In this document: positions 1-13,100 of the stretch, piece by piece
How the letters are laid out: each line of letters opens with the position of its first letter
Position numbering within the stretch: the stretch's first letter is position 1
NCBI GenBank assembly: GCA_964016885.1
Contig: OZ024750.1
Location: forward strand, 37,758,001 to 37,822,000
From: Eledone cirrhosa
Lineage: Eukaryota
Direction: 5' to 3'
Length of the DNA: 64,000 bases
Notes under the pieces: generated by a model
What the model was told of the DNA's origin: nothing
The model's database searches: none
Seen by the model: the letters and a program-made list of their open reading frames with translations, nothing else
Program-made: the position numbers and the translations under genes

Positions 1-2959
1 ATGGCTAACCTGTACACTGTATGTGATGTACCAAGAAGCTATGACTAACCTGTACACTGTATGTGATGTACCATGAAGCTATGGCTAACCTGTACACTGT
101 ATGTGATGTACCATGAAGCTATGGCTAACCTGTACACTGTATGTGATGTACCATGAAGCTATGGCTAACCTGTACACTGTATGTGATGTACCATGAAGCT
201 ATGGCTAACCTGTACACTGTATGTGATGTACCATGAAGCTATGACTAACCTGTACACTGTATGTGATGTACCATGAAGCTATAGCTAACCTGTACACTGT
301 ATGTGATGTACCATGAAGCTATGGCTAACCTGTACACTGTATGTGATGTACCATGAAGCCATGACTAACCTGTACACTGTATATGATGTACCATGAAGCT
401 ATGACTAACCTTTACACTGTATGTGATGTACCATGAAGCTATGGCTAACATGTACACTGTATGTGATGTACCATGAAGCTATGACTAACCTGTACACTGT
501 ATGTGATGTAACATGAAGCTATGGCTAACCTGTACACTGTATGTGATGTACCATGAAGCTATGACTAACCTGTACACTGTATGTGATGTACCATGAAGTT
601 ATGACTAACATGTACACTGTATGTGATGTACCATGAAGCTATGACTAACCTGTACACTGTATGTGATGTACCATGAATCTATGTCTAACCTGTACACTGT
701 ATGTGATGTACCGTGAAGCTATGACTAACCTATACACTCTATGTGATGTACCATGAAGCTATGTCTAACCTGTACACCGTATGTGATGTACCATGAAGCT
801 ATGACTAACCTATACACTGTATGTGATGTACCATGAAGCTATGACTAACCTGTACACTGTATGTGATGTACCATGAAGCTATGACTAACCTATACACTGT
901 ATGTGATGTACCATGCAGCTATGACTAACCTGTACACTGTATGTGATGTACCATGAAGCTATGGCTAACCTGTACACTGTATGTGATGTACCATGAAGCT
1001 ATGGCTAACCTGTACACTGTATGTGATGTACCATGAAGTTATAGCTAGCCTGTACACTGTATGTGATGTACTATGAAGCTATGACTAATCTGTACACTGT
1101 ATGTGATGTACCATGAAGCTATGACTAATCTGTACACTGTATGTGATGTAACATTAAGCTATAGCTAACCTGTACACTGTATGTGATGTACCCTGAAGCT
1201 ATGACTAACCTATACACTGTATGTGATGTACCATGAAGCTATAGCTAACCTGTACACTGTATGTGATGTACCATGAAGTTATAGCTAACCTGTACACTGT
1301 ATGTGATGTACCATGAAGCTATGACTAATCTGTACACTGTATGTGATGTACCATGAAGCTATAGCTAACCCGTACACTGTATGTGATGTACCATGAAGCT
1401 ATGACTAACCTGTACACTGTATGTGATGTACCATGAAGCTATGACTAACCTGTACACTGTATGTGATGTACCATGAAGCTATGACTAAACTATACACTGT
1501 ATGTGATGTACCATGTAGCTATGACTAACCTTTACACTGTATGTGATGTACCATGAAGCTATGGCTAACCTGTACACTGTATGTGATGTATCATGAACCT
1601 ATGGCTAACCTGTACACTGTATGTGATGTACCATGAAGTTATGACTAACATGTACACTGTATGTGATGAACCATGAAGCTATGGCTAACCTGTACACTGT
1701 ATGTGATGTACCATGAAGCTATAGCTAACCTATACACTGTATGTGATGTACCATGAAGCTATGACTAACCTGTACACTGTATGTGATGTACCATGAAGCT
1801 ATGACTAACCTGTACACTGTATGTGATGTACCATGAAGCTATGGCTAACCTGTACACTGTATGTGATGTACCATGAAGCTATGACTAACCTGTACACTGT
1901 ATGTGATGTACCATGAAGCTATGGCTAACCTGTACACTGTATGTGATGTACCATGAAGCTATAGCTAACCTATACACTGTATGTGATGTACCATGAAACT
2001 ATGACTAACCTGTACACTGTATGTGATGTACCATGAAGCTATGGCTAACCTGTACACTGTATGTGATGTAACATGAAGCTATAGCTAACCTGTACACTGT
2101 ATGTGATGTACCATGAAACTATGACTAACCTGTACACTGCAAGTGATGTACCATGAAGCTATGGCTAACCTGTACACTGTATGTGATGTACCATGAAGCT
2201 ATGACTAACCTGTACACTGTATGTGATGTACCATGAAGCTATGACTAACCTGTACACTGTATGTGATGTACCATGAAGCTATGACTAACCTGTACACTGT
2301 ATGTGATGTACCATGAAGCTATGCTAACCTGTACACTGTATGTGATGTACCATGAAGCTATGGCTAACCTGTACAATGTATGTGATGTACCATGAAGCTA
2401 TGAGTAACCTATACACTGTATGTGATGTACCATGAAGCTATGGCTAACCTGTACACTGTATGTGATGTACCAAGAAGCTATGACTAACCTGTACACTGTA
2501 TGTGATGTACCATGAAGCTATGGCTAACCTGTACACTGTATGTGATGTACCATGAAGCTATGGCTAACCTGTACACTGTATGTGATGTACCATGAAGCTA
2601 TGGCTAACCTGTACACTGTATGTGATGTACCATGAAGCTATGGCTAACCTGTACACTGTATGTGATGTACCATGAAGCTATGACTAACCTGTACACTGTA
2701 TGTGATGTACCATGAAGCTATAGCTAACCTGTACACTGTATGTGATGTACCATGAAGCTATGGCTAACCGGTACACTGTATGTGATGTACCATGAAGCCA
2801 TGACTAACCTGTACACTGTATATGATGTACCATGAAGCTATGACTAACCTTTACACTGTATGTGATGTACCATGAAGCTATGGCTAACATGTACACTGTA
2901 TGTGATGTACCATGAAGCTATGACTAACCTGTACACTGTATGTGATGTACCATGAAGCT

Positions 2960-5900
2960 ATGGCTAACCTGTACACTGTATGTGATGTACCATGAAGCTA
3001 TGACTAACCTGTACACTGTATGTGATGTTCCATGAAGCTATGACTAACCTGTACACTGTATGTGATGTACCATGAAGCTATGGCTAACCTGTACACTGTA
3101 TGTGATGTAGCATGAAGCTATGACTAACCTGTACACTGTATATGATGTACCATGAAGCTATGACTAACATGTACACTGTATGCGAAGTACCATGAAGCTA
3201 TGACTAACCTGTACACTGTATGTGATGTACCATGAAGCTATGACTAACCTGTACACTGTATGTGATGTACCATGAAGCTATGACTAACCTGTACACTGTA
3301 TGTGATGTACCATGAAGCTATGAATAACCTATACACTGTATGTGTTGTACCATGTAGCTATGACTAATCTATACACTGTATGTGATGTACCATGAAGCTA
3401 TGGCTAACCTGTACACTGTATGTGATGTACCATGAAGCTATGGCTAACCTGTACACTCTATGTGATGTACCATGAAGTTATGACTAACATGTACACTGTA
3501 TGTGATGTACCATGAAGCTATGACTAACCTGTACACTGTATGTGATGTACCATGAATCTATGGCTAACCTGTACACTGTATGTGATGTACCGTGAAGCTA
3601 TGACTAACCTATACACTCTATGTGATGTACCATGAAGCTATGTCTAACCTGTACACCGTATGTGATGTACCATGAAGCTATCACTAACCTATACACTGTA
3701 TGTGATGTACCATGAAGCTATGACTAACCTGTACACTGTATGTGATGTACCATGAAGCTATGACTAACCTATACACTGTATGTGATGTACCATGCAGCTA
3801 TGACTAACCTGTACACTGTATGTGATGTACCATGAAGCTATGGCTAACCTGTACACTGTATGTGATGTACCATGAAGCTATGGCTAACCTGTACACTGTA
3901 TGTGATGTACCATGAAGTTATAGCTAACCTGTACACTGTATGTGATGTACTATGAAGCTATGACTAATCTGTACACTGTATGTGATGTACCATGAAGCTA
4001 TGACTAATCTGTACACTGTATGTGATGTAACATGAAGCTATAGCTAACCTGTACACTGTATGTGATGTACCATGAAGCTATGACTAACCTGTACACTGTA
4101 TGTGATGTACCATGAAGCTATGACTAACCTGTACACTGTATGTTATGTAACATGAAGCTATAGCTAACCTGTACACTGTATGTGATGTACCATGAAGCTA
4201 TGACTAACCTGTACACTGTATGTGATGTACCATGAAGCTATAGCTAACCTATACACTGTATGTGATGTACCATGAAACTATGACTAACCTGTACACTGTA
4301 TGTGATGTACCATGAAGCTATGGCTAACCTGTACACTGTATGTGATGTAACATGAAGCTATAGCTAACCTGTACACTGTATGTGATGTACCATGAAGCTA
4401 TGACTAACCTGTACACTGTATGTGATGTACCATGAAGCTATGACTAACCTGTACACTGAATGTGATGTACCATGAAGCTATGGATAACCTGTACACTGTA
4501 TGTGATGTACCATGAAGCTATGGCTAACCTGTACACTGTATGTGATGTACCATGAAGCTATGGCTAACCTGTACACTGTATATGATGTACCATGAAGCTA
4601 TGACTAAACTTTACACTGTATGTGATGTACCATGAAGCTATGGCTAACATGTACACTGTATGTGATGTACCATGAAGCTATGACTAACCTGTACACTGTA
4701 TGTGATGTACCATGAAGCTAAAACTAACCTGTACACTGTATGTGATGTACCATGAAGCTATGACTAACCTGTACACTGTATGTGATGTTCCATGAAGCTA
4801 TGACTAACCTGTACACTGTATGTGATGTACCATGAAGCTATGGCTAACCTGTACACTGTATGTGATGTACCATGAAGCTATGACTAACCTGTACACTGTA
4901 TATGATGTACCATGAAGCTATGACTAACATGTACACTGTATGCCATGTACCATGAAGCTATGACTAACCTGTACACTGTATGTGATGTACCATGAAGCTA
5001 TGACTAACCTGTACACTGTATGTGATGTACCATGAAGTTATGACTAACCTGTACACTGTATGTGATGTACCATGAAGCTATGACTAAACTATACACTGTA
5101 TGTGATGTACCATGAAATTATGACTAACATGTACACTGTATGTGATGTACCATGAAGCTATGGCTAACCTGTACACTGTATGTGATGTACCATGAAGCTA
5201 TAGCTAACCTATACACTGTATGTGATGTACCATGAAGCTATGACTAAACTATACACTGTATGTGATGTACCATGTAGCTATGACTAACCTTTACACTGTA
5301 TGTGATGTACCATGAAGCTATGGCTAACCTGTACACTGTATGTGATGTATCATGAACCTATGGCTAACCTGTACACTGTATGTGATGTACCATGAAGTTA
5401 TGACTAACATGTACACTGTATGTGATGAACCATGAAGCTATGGCTAACCTGTACACTGTATGTGATGTACCATGAAGCTATAGCTAACCTATACACTGTA
5501 TGTGATGTACCATGAAGCTATGACTAACCTGTACACTGTATGTGATGTACCATGAAGCTATGACTAACCTGTACACTGTATGTGATGTACCATGAAGCTA
5601 TGGCTAACCTTTACACTGTATGTGATGTACCATGAAGCTATGACTAACCTGTACACTGTATGTGATGTACCATGAAGCTATGGCTAACCTGTACACTGTA
5701 TGCGATGTACCATGAAGCTATGGCTAACCTGTACACTGTATGTGATGTACCATGAAGCTATGGCTAACCTGTACACTGTATGTGATGTACCATGAAGCTA
5801 TGACTAACCTTTACACTGTATGTGATGTACCATGAAGCTATGACTAACCTGTACACTGTATGTGATGTACCATGAAGCTATAGCTAACCTGTACACTGTA

Positions 5901-8900
5901 TGTGATGTACCATGAAGCTATGGCTAACCTGTACACTGTATGTGATGTACCATGAAGCTATGACTAACCTGTACACTGTATATGATGTACCATGAAGCTA
6001 TGACTAACCTGTACACTGAATGTGATGTACCATGAAGCTATGACTAACATGTACACTGTATGTGATGTACCATGAAGCTATGACTAACCTGTACACTGTA
6101 TGTGATGTACCATGAAGCTATGCTAACCTGTACACTGTATGTGATGTACCATGAAGCTATGGCTAACCTGTACAATGTATGTGATGTACCATGAAGCTAT
6201 GACTAACCTATACACTGTATGTGATGTACCATGAAGCTATGACTAACCTGTACACTGTATGTGATGTACCATGAAGCTATGGCTAACCTGTACACTGTAT
6301 GTGATGTACCATGAAGCTATGACTAACCTGTACACTCTATGTGATGTACCATGAAGCTATGGCTAACCTGTACACTGTATGTGATGTACCATGAAGCTAT
6401 AGCTAACCTGTACACTGTATGTGATGTACCATGAAGCTATGGCTAACCTGTACACTGTATGTGATGTACCATGAAGCCATGACTAACCTGTACACTTTAT
6501 ATGATGTACCATGAAGCTATGGCTAACCTGTACACTGTATGTGATGTATCATGAACCTATGGCTAACCTGTACACTGTATGTGATGTACCATGAAGCTAT
6601 GACTAACCTGTACACTGTATGTGATGTTCCATGAAGCTATGACTAACCTGTACACTGTATGTGATGTACCATGAAGCTATGGCTAACCTGTACACTGTAT
6701 GTGATGTAGCATGAAGCTATGACTAACCTGTACACTGTATATGATGTACCATGAAGCTATGACTAACATGTACACTGTATGCGAAGTACCATGAAGCTAT
6801 GACTAACCTGTACACTGTATGTGATGTACCATGAAGCTATGTCTAACCTGTACACTGTATGTGATGTACCATGAAGCTATGACTAACCTGTACACTGTAT
6901 GTGATGTACCATGAAGCTATGACTAACCTATACACTGTATGTGTTGTACCATGTAGCTATGATTAATCTATACACTGTATGTGATGTACCATGAAGCTAT
7001 GGCTAACCTGTACACTGTATGTGATGTACCATGAAGCTATGGCTAACCTGTACACTCTATGTGATGTACCATGAAGTTATGACTAACATGTACACTGTAT
7101 GTGATGTACCATGAAGCTATGACTAACCTGTACACTGTATGTGATGTACCATGAATCTATGGCTAACCTGTACACTGTATGTGATGTACCGTGAAGCTAT
7201 GACTAACCTATACACTCTATGTGATGTACCATGAAGCTATGTCTAACCTGTACACCGTATGTGATGTACCATGAAGCTATCACTAACCTATACACTGTAT
7301 GTGATGTACCATGAAGCTATGACTAACCTGTACACTGTATGTGATGTACCATGAAGCTATGACTAACCTATACACTGTATGTGATGTACCATGCAGCTAT
7401 GACTAACCTGTACACTGTATGTGATGTACCATGAAGCTATGGCTAACCTGTACACTGTATGTGATGTACCATGAAGCTATGGCTAACCTGTACACTGTAT
7501 GTGATGTACCATGAAGTTATAGCTAACCTGTACACTGTATGTGATGTACTATGAAGCTATGACTAATCTGTACACTGTATGTGATGTACCATGAAGCTAT
7601 GACTAATCTGTACACTGTATGTGATGTAACATGAAGCTATAGCTAACCTGTACACTGTATGTGATGTACCATGAAGCTATGACTAACCTGTACACTGTAT
7701 GTGATGTACCATGAAGCTATGACTAACCTGTACACTGTATGTTATGTAACATGAAGCTATAGCTAACCTGTACACTGTATGTGATGTACCATGAAGCTAT
7801 GACTAACCTGTACACTGTATGTGATGTACCATGAAGCTATAGCTAACCTATACACTGTATGTGATGTACCATGAAACTATGACTAACCTGTACACTGTAT
7901 GTGATGTACCATGAAGCTATGGCTAACCTGTACACTGTATGTGATGTAACATGAAGCTATAGCTAACCTGTACACTGTATGTGATGTACCATGAAGCTAT
8001 GACTAACCTGTACACTGTATGTGATGTACCATGAAGCTATGACTAACCTGTACACTGAATGTGATGTACCATGAAGCTATGGATAACCTGTACACTGTAT
8101 GTGATGTACCATGAAGCTATGGCTAACCTGTACACTGTATGTGATGTACCATGAAGCTATGGCTAACCTGTACACTGTATATGATGTACCATGAAGCTAT
8201 GACTAAACTTTACACTGTATGTGATGTACCATGAAGCTATGGCTAACATGTACACTGTATGTGATGTACCATGAAGCTATGACTAACCTGTACACTGTAT
8301 GTGATGTACCATGAAGCTAAAACTAACCTGTACACTGTATGTGATGTACCATGAAGCTATGACTAACCTGTACACTGTATGTGATGTTCCATGAAGCTAT
8401 GACTAACCTGTACACTGTATGTGATGTACCATGAAGCTATGGCTAACCTGTACACTGTATGTGATGTACCATGAAGCCATGACTAACCTGTACACTGTAT
8501 ATGATGTACCATGAAACTATGACTAACATGTACACTGTATGCCATGTACCATGAAGCTATGACTAACCTGTACACTGTATGTGATGTACCATGAAGCTAT
8601 GACTAACCTGTACACTGTATGTGATGTACCATGAAGTTATGACTAACCTGTACACTGTATGTGATGTACCATGAAGCTATGACTAAACTATACACTGTAT
8701 GTGATGTACCATGAAATTATGACTAACATGTACACTGTATGTGATGTACCATGAAGCTATGGCTAACCTGTACACTGTATGTGATGTACCATGAAGCTAT
8801 AGCTAACCTATACACTGTATGTGATGTACCATGAAGCTATGACTAAACTATACACTGTATGTGATGTACCATGTAGCTATGACTAACCTTCACACTGTAT

Positions 8901-10190
8901 GTGATGTACCATGAAGCTATGGCTAACCTGTACACTGTATGTGATGTATCATGAACCTATGGCTAACCTGTACACTGTATGTGATGTACCATGAAGTTAT
9001 GACTAACATGTACACTGTATGTGATGAACCATGAAGCTATGGCTAACCTGTACACTGTATGTGATGTACCATGAAGCTATAGCTAACCTATACACTGTAT
9101 GTGATGTACCATGAAGCTATGACTAACCTGTACACTGTATGTGATGTACCATGAAGCTATGACTAACCTGTACACTGTATGTGATGTACCATGAAGCTAT
9201 GGCTAACCTTTACACTGTATGTGATGTACCATGAAGCTATGACTAACCTGTACACTGTATGTGATGTACCATGAAGCTATGGCTAACCTGTACACTGTAT
9301 GTGATGTACCATGAAGCTATGGCTAACCTGTACACTGTATGTGATGTACCATGAAGCTATGGCTAACCTGTACACTGTATGTGATGTACCATGAAGCTAT
9401 GACTAACCTTTACACTGTATGTGATGTACCATGAAGCTATGACTAACCTGTACACTGTATGTGATGTACCATGAAGCTATAGCTAACCTGTACACTGTAT
9501 GTGATGTACCATGAAGCTATGGCTAACCTGTACACTGTATGTGATGTACCATGAAGCTATGACTAACCTGTACACTGTATATGATGTACCATGAAGCTAT
9601 GACTAACCTGTACACTGAATGTGATGTACCATGAAGCTATGACTAACATGTACACTGTATGTGATGTACCATGAAGCTATGACTAACCTGTACACTGTAT
9701 GTGATGTACCATGAAGCTATGCTAACCTGTACACTGTATGTGATGTACCATGAAGCTATGGCTAACCTGTACAATGTATGTGATGTACCATGAAGCTATG
9801 ACTAACCTATACACTGTATGTGATGTACCATGAAGCTATGACTAACCTGTACACTGTATGTGATGTACCATGAAGCTATGGCTAACCTGTACACTGTATG
9901 TGATGTACCATGAAGCTATGACTAACCTGTACACTCTATGTGATGTACCATGAAGCTATGGCTAACCTGTACACTGTATGTGATGTACCATGAAGCTATA
10001 GCTAACCTGTACACTGTATGTGATGTACCATGAAGCTATGGCTAACCTGTACACTGTATGTGATGTACCATGAAGCCATGACTAACCTGTACACTTTATA
10101 TGATGTACCATGAAGCTATGGCTAACCTGTACACTGTATGTGATGTATCATGAACCTATGGCTAACCTGTACACTGTATGTGATGTACCA
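2960..10190 (+). repeat. Two adjacent near-identical HOR copies, period 3,599 bp (90 monomers)
   Basis: Markers recur at +3599: TGCGAAG 3181/6780, CCGTG 3590/7189, 39-mer 6120/9719. GGATAACC and AAAACTAACC also recur at this offset. There are a few private differences, e.g. GAATAACC near 3322, GATTAATC at 6961, TGCGAT at 5701. Boundaries are approximate. Confidence 0.88.
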
Positions 10191-13100
10191 TGAAGTTATG
10201 ACTAACATGTACACTGTATGTGATGAACCATGAAGCTATGGCTAACCTGTACACTGTATGTGATGTACCATGAAGCTATAGCTAACCTATACACTGTATG
10301 TGATGTACCATGAAGCTATGACTAAACTATACACTGTATGTGATGTACCATGTAGCTATGACTAACCTTTACACTGTATGTGATGTACCATGAAGCTATG
10401 GCTAACCTGTACACTGTATGTGATGTATCATGAACCTATGGCTAACCTGTACACTGTATGTGATGTACCATGAAGTTATGACTAACATGTACACTGTATG
10501 TGATGAACCATGAAGCTATGGCTAACCTGTACACTGTATGTGATGTACCATGAAGCTATAGCTAACCTATACACTGTATGTGATGTACCATGAAGCTATG
10601 ACTAACCTGTACACTGTATGTGATGTACCATGAAGCTATGACTAACCTGTACACTGTATGTGATGTACCATGAAGCTATGGCTAACCTTTACACTGTATG
10701 TGATGTACCATGAAGCTATGACTAACCTGTACACTGTATGTGATGTACCATGAAGCTATGGCTAACCTGTACACTGTATGTGATGTACCATGAAGCTATG
10801 GCTAACCTGTACACTGTATGTGATGTACCATGAAGCTATAGCTAACCTTTACACTGTATGTGATGTACCATGAAGCTATGACTAACCTGTACACTGTATG
10901 TGATGTACCATGAAGCTATGGCTAACCTGTACACTGTATGTGATGTACCATGAAGCTATGACTAACCTGTACACTGTATGTGATGTACCATGAAGCTATA
11001 GCTAACCTGTACACTGTATGTGATGTACCATGAAGCTATGGCTAACCTGTACACTGTATGTGATGTACCATGAAGCCATGACTAACCTGTACACTGTATA
11101 TGATGTACCATGAAGCTATGACTAACCTTTACACTGTATGTGATGTACCATGAAGCTATGGCTAACATGTACACTGTATGTGATGTACCATGAAGCTATG
11201 ACTAACCTGTACACTGTATGTGATGTACCATGAAGCTATGGCTAACCTGTACACTGTATGTGATGTACCATGAAGCTATGACTAACCTGTACACTGTATG
11301 TGATGTTCCATGAAGCTATGACTAACCTGTACACTGTATGTGATGTACCATGAAGCTATGGCTAACCTGTACACTGTATGTGATGTAGCATGAAGCTATG
11401 ACTAACCTGTACACTGTATATGATGTACCATGAAGCTATGACTAACATGTACACTGTATGCGAAGTACCATGAAGCTATGACTAACCTGTACACTGTATG
11501 TGATGTACCATGAAGCTATGACTAACCTGTACACTGTATGTGATGTACCATGAAGCTATGACTAACCTGTACACTGTATGTGATGTACCATGAAGCTATG
11601 ACTAACCTATACACTGTATGTGTTGTACCATGTAGCTATGACTAATCTATACACTGTATGTGATGTACCATGAAGCTATGGCTAACCTGTACACTGTATG
11701 TGATGTACCATGAAGCTATGGCTAACCTGTACACTCTATGTGATGTACCATGAAGTTATGACTAACATGTACACTGTATGTGATGTACCATGAAGCTATG
11801 ACTAACCTGTACACTGTATGTGATGTACCATGAATCTATGGCTAACCTGTACACTGTATGTGATGTACCGTGAAGCTATGACTAACCTATACACTCTATG
11901 TGATGTACCATGAAGCTATGTCTAACCTGTACACTGTATGTGATGTACCATGAAGCTATCACTAACCTATACACTGTATGTGATGTTCCATGTAGCTATG
12001 ACTAGCCTGTACACTGTATGTGATGTACCATGAAGCTATGACTAACCTATACACTGTATGTGATGTACCATGCAGCTATGACTAACCTGTACACTGTATG
12101 TGATGTACCATGAAGCTATGGCTAACCTGTACACTGTATGTGATGTACCATGAAGCTATGGCTAACCTGTACACTGTATGTGATGTACCATGAAGTTATA
12201 GCTAACCTGTACACTGTATGTGATGTACTATGAAGCTATGACTAATCTGTACACTGTATGTGATGTACCATGAAGCTATGACTAATCTGTACACTGTATG
12301 TGATGTAACATGAAGCTATAGCTAACCTGTACACTGTATGTGATGTACCATGAAGCTATGACTAACCTATACACTGTATGTGATGTACCATGTAGCTATA
12401 GCTAACCTGTACACTGTATGTGATGTACCATGAAGTTATAGCTAACCTGTACACTGTATGTGATGTACCATGAAGCTATGACTAATCTGTACACTGTATG
12501 TGATGTACCATGAAGCTATAGCTAACCCGTACACTGTATGTGATGTACCATGAAGCTATGACTAACCTGTACACTGTATGTGATCTACCATGAAGCTATG
12601 ACTAACCTGTACACTGTATGTTATGTAACATGAAGCTATAGCTAACCTGTACACTGTATGTGATGTACCATGAAGCTATGACTAACCTGTACACTGTATG
12701 TGATGTACCATGAAGCTATAGCTAACCTATACACTGTATGTGATGTACCATGAAACTATGACTAACCTGTACACTGTATGTGATGTACCATGAAGCTATG
12801 GCTAACCTGTACACTGTATGTGATGTAACATGAAGCTATAGCTAACCTGTACACTGTATGTGATGTACCATGAAGCTATGACTAACCTGTACACTGTATG
12901 TGATGTACCATGAAGCTATGACTAACCTGTACACTGAATGTGATGTACCATGAAGCTATGGCTAACCTGTACACTGTATGTGATGTACCATGAAGCTATG
13001 GCTAACCTGTACACTGTATGTGATGTACCATGAAGCTATGGCTAACCTGTACACTGTATATGATGTACCATGAAGCTATGACTAACCTTTACACTGTATG

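Noticed and set aside
1-40. Monomer derived from a 2 x 20-bp subrepeat
   Set aside because: The halves share little beyond the initial ATG. Repeated TGTA/ATG words hint at a simple-sequence origin but give no consistent sub-period.
1-200. Nucleosome-sized 4-mer or 5-mer (160/200 bp) higher-order unit
   Set aside because: Variant order shows no regular 4- or 5-monomer periodicity by eye. The length match is only arithmetic.
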